Shown here: in pieces, positions 53,720 to 63,920 of the stretch
How the letters are laid out: the number at the start of each line of letters is the position of its first letter
Position numbering within the stretch: position 1 is the stretch's first letter
DNA from: Selaginella moellendorffii
Taxonomy: Eukaryota; Plantae; Lycopodiophyta
Assembly: GCF_000143415.4 (NCBI RefSeq)
Contig: NW_003314269.1
Span: 1,309,544 to 1,373,543, forward strand
Direction: 5' to 3'
Length of the DNA stretch: 64,000 bases
The notes under the pieces: model-generated
The model's input: the letters and a program-made list of their open reading frames with translations, nothing else
What the model was told of the DNA's origin: nothing
The model's database searches: none
Translations under genes and position numbers: made by a program

Positions 53720-53911
53720 ATGGCATGAGGCCTCACGCTATCTTTGGCCCCTGCTAGCCTATTGCTATATTCCTTTTGCCTTGCTGCAACTGTATATATT
53801 TTTGTGTGCGTGACTAGTCACCCATACAAAAATATATACAGTTGCAGCAAGGCAAAAGGAATATGGCAATAGGCTAGCAGGGGCCAAAGATGGCATGAGG
53901 CCTCATGCCAT
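53720..53911. repeat. 192-bp loopless palindrome upstream of the transposase
   Basis: Centre tgact|agtca at 53815/53816; 96-bp arms with 5 mismatches by my count; each end is a 22-bp motif copy. Confidence 0.95.
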
Positions 53912-54099
53912 CTTGATATACACACAGCTGCAGGCAAGTAAAAACATACATGACAATACATTAGCCATGAAATTGCAAGGGCCCAAGATGGCATGTGGCC
54001 TCATGCCATTTCTAAATGTGGTCCTAAGCCATTCCATGGTGAATATACCAGGAAGCACAAGTGCCGAATATCAAGAGGAAGCGGTAGCCACACCAAAGA

Positions 54100-54175
54100 C
54101 AGTGCCGCTCGCAACACCGCAACTACTCGTAGCGCCGCTCGCAACACCGCAACTGCTCGTAGTGCCGCTCGCACA
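54100..54175. repeat. 30-bp tandem repeat (about 2.4 copies) in a CpG-rich patch
   Basis: gtgccgctcgcaacaccgcaactactcgta repeated. Confidence 0.85.
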
Positions 54176-54599
54176 AACTGCCACTCGCATAAATTGCCGC
54201 TCGCAATGGCGCTCGCAATGCCGCAACCGCTCGTAGACGCATAAACCACAGCTCACAACGCCGCTTACACAAGCAGCGCTCACTGCGCTCAGCGGAACCA
54301 AGAACACGGCGCACAAAAATGATAGACCTAGGAATGAGTTCGAGAATTCAAAAATAACACACGCTTGAACGTCACATCAAATCCTCTGACAAACCAGATC
54401 TTATGACTCCTCTGACAAATTTCAAACTGAGTAGCTTCTAGACTTTGCTGTCGGAGGTTGAACTTTGTCACATCATGTCCTTGCCTCGATCCAGCTGTGC
54501 CATGTCAATGATTCGAACTTTGCCATGCCATGTCAGCGATCCGCGCCAAGATTATTCGCTGTGTAAAGGAATAATTATGCTGTGTGTGTACATCCATTT

Positions 54600-55920
54600 A
54601 TGGCAATATAAGGCCACACGCCATTCAAAGAATAATGCTAGTCGAGCATTTTTTGGTGCATTTTTGGGTTCAAAATTGCATGAGCCCACACGTTACCTGT
54701 ACCAAAAATAGAAACAGCTTTATTTACTTGGGAATTTAAGTGGTTGAGGCATTTTTAAACTTACAAACACATGCCCTACTTACATTCCTTTGGTTGCTTA
54801 AAATTCAAAAATATTATAAACCTTTCTTTTTGCATTTTCAATGTTTTCAATTATGGTTTTTGATTTTCGCAGGACCAGCCTAGTAATCTATTTGCATCCT
54901 GTCATGTTTATAGCTAGCTTTCGTTTGTCCCCTTCGCTAGCCTGAGATACATCTGCTCGGCATCTGCCTCTTACAGCATTTGCCCAAAAAGGGCATCTTT
55001 CTTCACGCAGCATTTGCCACATGTTTAGGGTTTAGGGTTTAGGGTTTAGCAATTCAGTAACTTGATAAACATGCAAATACAGAACTTGATGCAAAATCCT
55101 ATGATATGTCACAATGCCCCTAGGACCATAAACACATTTCAATAGAGAGGGTCCTTTCATTTCATAACTCCTTACGTAGATCTTGGTCAAACCAGAGTTA
55201 GTGAAGTTAGTTTCTTATGATCCCGCATCTGATTGTGATGTCCCTTTGCAGTGTCGATGGAAAGGTCAATGCACACCAAACTGTAAAATCTTGGAGCAAA
55301 ATAACGGTCGGATCTATGGCAAATGCCCCTGAAACATTGTAAGGCTCGTGTGGTCTCATGTGGTGTCCGATCGAAATGCTTCTTTGCAGGGTCATTAAGA
55401 AAGACATTGTATACCATTCTGTAAAATCTAGTTGCGATTTAACGGTTGGATCTCCAGAAAACTCAAAAAAATCTCGCGCATGTCAGAATATCCTAGGAAT
55501 ATACTCCTATGTGCCCTTGAAAATGGCATGCGGCCCCACGCCATTCAAGAGATAACGCCAGATGACGCCGAGAATTTTTTGGTGCATTTTTTGGGTTCAA
55601 AATTGCATGAGCCCACACGCTATAAAGTTTATCTTTGCCAAATAGAGAAAAGTTTATCTGTGTCATGTGAGGTAGTTACAGTCCTTTGTGCTCGGCATCT
55701 GCCTCTTGCAGCATTTGCACTGAAAGGGAATTTTTCTCCATTCAGCATTTGGCCCTGAAAATGGCATGCGCCCACACGCCATTCAAGGAATAACGCCACA
55801 GGATGCCTGGATTTTTGGGTTTAAAATGTTTAGGGTTTTTTGGGTTTTTTCAAAATATTTTGGGTCCAACGTTTTTTGGGTTTCTTTGGTTCAAAATTGC
55901 ATGAGCCCACACGTTATAAT
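54600..55920 (+). repeat. Three modular repeats, each with two palindrome copies around ttgggttcaaa
   Basis: Units at about 54600-54700, 55523-55625 and 55761-55920. A second block tgctcggcatctgcctctt...cagcatttg occurs at about 54954 and 55689. Confidence 0.8.
55024..55049 (+). repeat. Plant telomere-type repeat (TTTAGGG)x3.7, telo-box
   Basis: tttagggtttagggtttagggtttag. Confidence 0.9.
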
Positions 55921-56644
55921 ATTGATTTGAGAGAAAAATAGAAACAGATAGAATTTCTTTATTTAGTTGAACATCTGCCATTTTTGGAAATACAAGATGC
56001 TTTGGAATATCCAATCATGCATGGTATAAATATAGCGAGGGTATTAAATGATATCCTAATCATGATCTTTCTTTTGGATTTCGCGTGCATGCAGTCCGAG
56101 GAATGATGACGTTGCGGATTTCTTTTGGATTTTGCGTGCTTGCATGCGCGCGGCAATCCAGAAATTAATGGTGGCGCCCAAGTCCGAGGAATGATGACGT
56201 GGCGGGATTACCAACCGTTGTGACATTTCGCGCGTGTGAGGTTAGGTTTTGCATTTTGTTTCATCCTCGCGCTCGCGCTCGCATCACACTCGTGCTCGCA
56301 TCACGCTCCCACTCGCGATCACGCTCACATTCGCGCTCATCTACCTTCTCTACAGGTTTCTCGTGTGCATCGGCGTCCACTCGCGCTTGCATCACACTCG
56401 CGCTCGCATCGCGCTCGTGTGCATCGGCGTCCACTTCAAGACACACCCAGTTTGTAACTTCGCCGCCAACTCCGCCGCCCACTCCGCCACCCACACGCAG
56501 CCCACTTGGCGTCCCGGGAGATTTCAGCGCCACTCTCCAACTGTTAAGTGGCAGAGTAGCCTTACTGCTACGATCCGCTGCACACACAGTGCACATTCGC
56601 CAGCGAGTCCGGCCTCGATTGTCACGGCCTCCATTCGGCTTCAA

Positions 56645-59600
56645 ATGGTAAGTCTTTTAGGCCAAGTAGAAAATGGCATGAGGCCACATGCCATTCAGTA
56701 GCAACATTGGCATGCACCGATTGGGCTCTCGAGTGCAGTCCGGTTACAGATGGCGTGTAGCCTCACACCATCTTAGGATGCAGCCTCAAGACATCTGATG
56801 CAGTGGTGAATGGCGTGTGGCCTCACGTTATTTCCAGCTGCTAGCTTTTCATCTGTCAACTCTAATTGTTGTGCATTTCTGAACAGGCGAGGAATTGCGT
56901 TCTTCTTCCAGCCACTGTCAATGTGGATGCAGAGAAGGGGGAGGAGCTCACCAGTTGGACTTTCGGGATGGAAGGCGAGGATCTGAGGCTGTACAACACA
57001 GATGGTGGGAGAAAAGAATGCATGGGGATCCTCATCCAAGTGACAGACACTCCATGCAGTTCCATGCAAGAATATGGACTAGCACTTGTGGTAGAGACAA
57101 CGTTCGCCTTCAAGATCCACCTTGCACATCCTAGCGGCTTCCTGGAGGGGGGCAGCGGCTATGAGGAATTCCTAGAGGGAGCTAGGGAGAGGTTGTCCAG
57201 GAGGCCCATAATTTCAAAGACGCTGCGGGTCTATGAAGATCACATGGAATCCACGGACCTCACCTACGGTGATGTTCAAAAACTATATTCCAACATTGAG
57301 CCAGTGAGAGTGCCTCCAGTTCGCGAAGCGAAGGGGAAGGGGGTCGATCTGGAAACTACCCCAAAGCAGAAAAGGGTGGTCAAGCTCAAGCCGACGTCCG
57401 ACTCTCTTGCTCCAAAAAAGAAGCTACTCGGTGATGCCATTGCCTCGGGTTCGAACACTACACCCACCAAAAAGAAGAGCCGCAAAGAGCAGAAAGAGCA
57501 AGAAGAAGCAGCAAAAATCGTCGCAGATAATAGTACTTGTTACTATTCCAACAAAGTATATACAATCGACGTGAGCCGTATCGACATCCAAAGCAAATAC
57601 AACCACAAGCTAGTATCTGATGAGTGGGTGGAGAAACTGAAGCAGAAGATGCTGGCAAGTCCAGTAACACCCGACATCGCAGACGTGATCCCCTACTACC
57701 GAACAATGAAGGGCGAGACGAGGTTTCCAGACTTGATCAATAGGAAGGTGTTGGACGATCAGAACATTCGGTTCTATGCTGTCTCCGGGCAGCATTCTAG
57801 CTTGGCGATGCAAGAGATAGTTGTGGATATTATGGTGGGCAAGGAGGTGAAGAAAGTCTTCAAGACAAGAGTTGTCCGCCTGATAAAAGGCAACTCACCC
57901 CTCCGATCTATCATATCCATCTCCCACGCGCAGAATGTTAAGCAAGAAACGTGCTACAAATCGGGTCTGCACGAGACATTGGCACGAACATGGAAGCTCT
58001 GGGTTCAACTGAAGAAGCCACAAAAACCAGGACAAGGACGTGCACTAGCAACTAGCACCTGGCAGGTAAGCCTCGTTGCATGTGGCATAGCATGTGGCCT
58101 CACGCCATTTCCATTGCAGGAATTCTTGAGTCTTCTCTCGAAAACACTGGGGGTCAATGACACACTTAGCATCCATAACATTCTACTCGCGACAAAAGTT
58201 GTTTTTGACAAATGGGTAGATGTGCTGAGGAGGTACCATGACGGGGAGTTACTAAACTCAATGGGTGTGGAGGACGGCCGGAAGCCCAATGATTTGAAGC
58301 TCAACGCCTTGCATTTCTCGCGGTCTCTAGACGATGACGACCTTCTGACAGTGGCTAATGCTCTTTTACGTGGTGAGGTAGTCTTCAACAAGACCAAAAT
58401 GACTCTCGGCTATATTGTGACATACGAGGACTTGTGCATGACTCTGAGAGCTCGTGTGCTATTGAAGGATTGGATCTTCGAGCAAGTGGCCGTGGAGAGG
58501 GTGAGCATCGACACCACGCAAGAGATGATGGAAGAGCTGGAGTTGTCAAATGAAGACATCGACGACTACGTGAAGGGGGCCCCCAAGTTCATCAATCTGC
58601 TGCGGGATGCCACGAAAAGTAAAGCTGAGAAGTTGGATCAGTATCCAAATTTCATTAAGAGGGATGTCAACCGCCGGCTTCAGAAACAGCTCGACCCCAT
58701 AGCAGAGGCCTATCGAGAACCTTACTGGGTATACGTGAATTCGGATGAGGATCAAAGGTGGAGGAGCATCGTTTCCCGCGGAGATGAGCAGGTCAAGAAC
58801 ATCTTTTGTGTGATGGACTTCACAAACAAGGAGATCACTCATGCAGACGAAGTCAGCTCCATCATTGACTTAATGGTGGGACTTGCGGAGGTGGAATCTT
58901 CAGTCCACTATATGATCTACGACTCCGAATCCTATCACAAGTTTTGGAAGGCCTTGAACGAGGTGAAGGCTCGGTTGAAAGGCAAGGAGATGCAAAAGAT
59001 CCATGGGATAATGGCTAAGAAGAAGATACCGACGAATGTCCGCATCTTCACACTCGCCCTTGTTATTGGTCATGCAGCAGAGTGGGACTGGAGTGACTTC
59101 CCATCTTCGTTCGACAATGCCAATCGAATTGATCTGAGGGAGGTCAATTTACCCGTGCCTGAGGAACTGAGGACGGCTATGGAGCTTTTGAATCCAGAGA
59201 AAGCTCCAGGTGCAGCATGGGAAATGCTCAGCTGGGTCTTCAACGCAATAACACATGCCTCTGAGAGCTCGTGCGCTATTGAAGGATTGGATCTTCGAGC
59301 AAGTGGCCGTGGAGAGGGTGAGCATCGACACCACGCAAGAGATGATGGAAGAGGTGGAGTTGTCAAATGAAGACATCGACGACTACGTGAAGGGGGCCCT
59401 CAAGTTCATCGATCTGCTGCGGGATGCCACGAAAAGTAAAGCTGAGAAGTTGGATCAGTATCCAAATTTCATTAAGAGGGATGTCGACCGCCGGCTTCAG
59501 AAACAGCTCGACCCCGTAGCAGAGGCCTATCGAGAACCTTACCGGGTATACGTGAATTCGGATGAAGATCAAAAGTGGAGGAGCATCGTTTCCCGCGGAG

Positions 59601-62600
59601 ATGAGCAGGTCAAGAACATCTTTTGTGTGATGGACTTCACAAACGAGGAGATCACTCATGCAGACGAAGTCAGCTCCGTCATTGACTTAATGGTGGGACT
59701 TGCGGAGGTGGAATCTTCAGTCCACTATATGATCTACGACTCCGAATCCTATCACAAGTTCTGGAAGGCCTTGAACGAGGTGAAGGCTCGGTTGAAAGGC
59801 AAGGAGATGCAGGAGATCCATAGGATAATGGCTAAGAAGAAGATACCAACGAATGTCCGCATCTTCACACTCGCCCTTGTTATTGGTCATGCAGCAGAGT
59901 GGGACTGGAGTGACTTCCCAGCTTTGTTCGACAAGGCCGATCAAATTGATCTGAGGGAGGTCAATTTACCCATGCCTGAGGAACTGAAGACGGCTATGGA
60001 GCTTTCGAATCCAGAGAAAGCAACAAGTGCAGCATGGGAAATGCTCAGTTGGGTCTTCAACGCAATAGCGGGTGGGTCACCTGCTTCCGACTCCAAGGGC
60101 AAATGCGTTGTCGAGTACAACTGCGGCGGACTATTCTTTCGAGCCGCACTACTCAAGGGTGTCCCGTGTGTTGCAGTGACAAACTCCATTGAAGAGGTGA
60201 CTTCAATGAAGTATATAATTACAGTTGCCAAAGAAAAACAGTATCTTCTCTGCGAACCTGGTGAGTACACACTTTAAGTTTAAATGTTATCTCACAAGCT
60301 CTGTATGCAGGAGCGTGGCCACCCCCAGATGCTGAAACGGCGTTAACAGCTACTGTTGGGCCGAGCTCACAACCTGCACAAGGTAAGGTCACGTGAGGCC
60401 TCATGCCATTTTGATTATAGATCGTTGTGAATATTCAGACACGAGGACTAAAAAGCGCACTAGTGGCGCGTCGAAGAAGGACAAACAGACAAGCAATAGG
60501 AAAAAAGGAGGTACAAATTATATTTGCAATGGCATGTGGTTTCATGCCATTCCTTGCAGGAGACACTTCTTCAAAGGCAAAACAGGCAAGCACCAGCCAA
60601 GCTCAAACTGACAGTGGTCATAAAAAGCGAAAGCACGTTGGACAGTCGTCGGGATCAGAGGCATTTGATTTGAAAAGGAAGAAGGGCAACGAAAAGATGA
60701 TAGTAATGCCTCGCGGTCACCACCTCCTGACTCAGATTCCTATGGCGGACTCCCCTTCCCCAATCTCAATGGAGAGGTACAATGGATGAGGGATGCTTTT
60801 CAAGTCAGGGCCACGTTTTTCTCATCTCGTCGTCTTCGAAGGGTGCAAGAACGTGCAGAAACCATGTTAAGACAGTCGGGTGAGGATACGGTCCTAGGTC
60901 ACGCACTAAAACAGGCTATGAATGTCTTGTATTTTGAGATGGAGACTCGGCCAGATGATTTTCCCAAGATGGTCCTGGAAGAACAAGCCATCCAGCCCGA
61001 GCAGCCTATGGAAGAAATGCAGGAGGGGGATGAGGAGCCAGAGAAAGATAATGAGCAGGAAGAGCAGAAGGAGGAAGAGGAGGACAAAGAAGAGGAGGAC
61101 GAAGAAGAGGAGGACGAAGAGGACTTGGATGGTCCTCACAATGGTGACGATCACAATAACGACGACGACGATGATGACGACGATGGCCAGCCTAAGGTGG
61201 CCAAAGAGCAGCGGAGGAAGGTCATACAAGACAAACCATCAGGTAAATAATAGTACATCCATTCCTAACCTTTTACCATTTCTAACATTGTTCATGTAGG
61301 TTGCAAAGCAAATGGTAAGTAGAGATTATTCAGTTGAATTAAGATACAAACTCTAGCCTTTAGTGTCGAGGAAGGATAGTGCCAAGCAAGGGTCGAAACG
61401 TATGTCCAATCCTTCAGAATCAGCAGTGCGCCCAAGTGATATCGGTCCTAGTTCCTCAATAGCAGTTGATGGTAAATACAGTATAGTCGATTCAATGTGC
61501 TAATGAGTTTGTTTTTAGTAGCCAATAGGGAGGATACCATCTCAATCGAAGGGAGATATTTGGACATGCATATGGATCCGCCAATGGACTCTACTTGCCT
61601 GCAAGAGTCATCAAAGCTGGTGGAGGCTACTATCCATATCAACGCCAAGCAAGCTGACCATGCTCCACTTGATGCTGCCCATACCACTGAGTCAATCTTG
61701 TCCACGTATCCAACTGACGGTGACCAGGCGCCATTGGACCCGCATGAGGCCGCCCCAGCCGCCGAGCCGGTCATATCCTCATTTCCAACGGACTCAACGT
61801 GTGCCCAATCGTCTGACTACGCGCCATTGGAACCTCCCTACACCGCCCCTGCTACCTGTTCGGTCATGTCCACTTTGCCAACGGAGGCACCAGCTGAAAT
61901 GGCGTGTGATCACACGCCATCGGAACCACCCCATGCCACTGTTGAGCCAGTTGTACCAGAGTCTACAGCTGAAATGGCATGTGCCCACACGCCATCAGAT
62001 GCAATTGACCCCACATTGCAGAGGAGAGTATTTCCGCCCTTCACGTTTCCTCGACCAAAACCCTCTCAACGACCATCGCGAGCACCATTCGCTAATATTG
62101 TAGATGGTAAAATTGACTTGTACCATTTTTTATGCTGACGCATTTCATTTCAGAGTCACGGCGAAGGTACTGTATCGTTTTTGATCTGAACGGTGTCCTT
62201 TTCTCCCATGAGCGTGGCTCGTCCTCGAATGTCACTGCACCCTCCAAAGCCTGCGGTCGCAAGTTGGTCAAAAGAGACAAATTCACATTAATCACACGGG
62301 AGAAACTGCGGGATCTAATAATGACCATGCGACACTTAAAACAGAGGGCCGGGTTCAATTTGCAATTGGGAGTTTGGACATCCATGATGCGCCACAATGC
62401 ATTAACGTTGCTACAGATGATGCACGATCAGACGCGAGTAATATTACCATTTGACTTTCTCCTAATGCAGGAGGATTGCTTGACTATGGTCCATGTGAGG
62501 GGTAGCAAGCCCATCTTCGTCAAGCCAGAGGCTGTAGTGATGAACTGGACTACTAGGTCAAGTGAAATCCTCATCATCGATAACTCGCCGATTAAAACTG

Positions 62601-63016
62601 CAGCGAACACGCACACATATGCAGTGCACCCCATCTCTTGCAGTATGGAAACTAGGGAGAAGAAACCGTATGTTCTGGGGGACCTTGCAGAACGGTTTGG
62701 AACGATGGTGATAGAGAACCGGCCAGTCCAGGAGGTGGCTGCAGAAATCAACCAAATGGCAGATAGAACGGTATATCAAAAGCCATTTGATCGGACAGAC
62801 ACCAGTCATCATTTATGGCATGTATATTGTCTAGCCAAGCACTATCCGCATCTCCATAATCTGCTCAACCGGATGGGTTCTTCGACCACTGAACATGAGC
62901 GTGGACGTATTAGAGAAGAGATGGCATTACTATTGGGTTTAAATCCTGATAGTGTGGAGAGTGATGAAATTCCAAAATTATTGTATAGGCGTTGGAGGCA
63001 AAAAATAACAGTCTGA
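56645..63016 (+). pseudogene. Ten-exon cargo gene: ParB/Srx-like domain, degenerate amino-DNA-methyltransferase-like domain, basic/acidic/PST-rich linker, FCP1/NIF HAD domain; this copy is frameshifted
   Basis: Frame-consistent GT-AG model with exons 56645-56647, 56887-58065, 58120-60260, 60311-60382, 60439-60510, 60560-61242, 61300-61314, 61364-61471, 61519-62106 and 62154-63016. Motifs FYAVSGQHS; NPEK...GKCVVEYNCGG..RAALLKGVPCVAV; IVFDLNGVL, VWTS, ILIIDNSPIK. Broken by an 817-bp-period duplication and a frameshift near 60783. Confidence 0.7.
58437..60067 (+). repeat. Tandem duplication, period 817 bp
   Basis: 58437-59250 repeats at 59254-60067 with scattered substitutions; the copies are separated by aca. 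Confidence 0.97.
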
Positions 63017-63359
63017 GATGGCATGTATTTATTTAAAAATGTAACTTATTATGGCATGGGGTTCCATGCCATTGTATTAATATTAAAAGACAATTCTTTG
63101 AGAGGATTTGCATTATACTAGAAGTGTTACAGCATGTTATTGGAAGTCTACGAAGTTGTTTTATTAATAAGGGGAAAGTAAAGATTGAATGGGGACTTGG
63201 GCTCCACCTAGACTCGGAACAATTGAGCCAATATTAAAAGGATGGAAAGAAATTGGACGATGATGACAAGGAGAAGAGAGAGGTGAAGCAGTGGCAGGGG
63301 GAGGAGAAGTGATTGAGTAGACATTTCCTTGTTTAAAATAAAATGGCATGTGCCTCAAT

Positions 63360-63920
63360 GCAGTTGAATTTTGTTATATTTATATACTATATAAAGGTTT
63401 GGAAACCTTATTTTACAAGTGGGATAATGACAATTCCCACTTTAACGAAATAGAGCTTATTATCTCAAATCTTACGAGTTTCTATTTATGAAATGATGGA
63501 ATATGCTTCATCATTTTTTATTATAAAAACTGAACATTTTTATTATTTACTATTTTGTTAGAAACTATGATCCACATAATTTTGTAGAAGTGTTACATTT
63601 TATAAAGATTATATCCACCTATTATAAACAAAAAACTGTCACTTCAACAAAAAGTGTCGGATGTGATCTTTTTACTTACACCTTAATAACTGGTTACAAT
63701 AATATGCCACATCAGTATTTATTGACATCACAATTTTTAATATCATTAAACAGAAAAGCACATTTATATTTTGATAATAGTTGCAACTTAATTATATATG
63801 CACAAAATACAAACTTATGGTCTAAAAATAAAGGTATTAGATGTGTTTTATGATTACACAAAAATGGAAATTTAATTTTATATTCTTCTAATAATAATGT
63901 TGTTTGGGCGGTCTAATACT
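63360..63920 (+). pseudogene. 3' part of a gene ending in a bulb-type (B-)lectin domain, disrupted
   Basis: QFLISLNRKAHLYFDNSCNLIIY..NLWS, then CVL*LHKNGNLILYSSNNNVVWA(SNT after a 1-nt shift). This matches the QxDxNLVLY...VWASNT repeats; the TGA at 63851 is plausibly from CGA. Confidence 0.7.

Larger units (their letters stand above)
48931..63357. mobile_element. Large DNA-transposon-like element (Sola1/DUF7869-type transposase plus cargo gene); ends approximate, right end probably deleted
   Basis: Intact transposase, divergent multi-exon cargo gene, higher GC and CpG than the flanks, and about 30 copies of a 22-bp palindrome confined to 49058-63357. No paired TIRs or TSD found. Confidence 0.7.
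49058..63357. repeat. Dispersed 22-bp palindrome ATGGCRTG-N6-CAYGCCAT, about 30 copies
   Basis: Starts near 49058, 49374, 49463, 49870, 50063, 50223, 50369, 51711, 51768, 53614, 53684, 53720, 53890, 53988, 54600, 54675, 55523, 55602, 55761, 55896, 56673, 56750, 56810, 58087, 60388, 60529, 61899, 61974, 63051 and 63343. Several copies are degenerate. Confidence 0.93.

Noticed and set aside
56199-56701. Overlapping R/S/A/H-rich ORFs
   Set aside because: They arise from low-complexity CG-rich repeats upstream of the inferred ATG at 56645.
59255-60277. 340-aa ORF as an independent gene
   Set aside because: It starts at the duplication junction and is the displaced continuation of the 56645 gene.
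49058-63357. 22-bp palindromes read as a CRISPR array
   Set aside because: Spacing is irregular (tens of bp to kb), copies lie inside introns and exons, there are no cas genes, and the context is eukaryotic.
48931-63357. Bacterial, phage or plasmid contamination suggested by ParB/MTase-like motifs and higher GC
   Set aside because: Frame-consistent spliceosomal introns, a plant telomere repeat and plant transposon domains argue for a resident eukaryotic element.
48900-63420. Terminal inverted repeats, TSD or Helitron-type ends for the large element
   Set aside because: I compared candidate ends by eye and found no matching pair or CTRR hairpin terminus, so the ends are left approximate.
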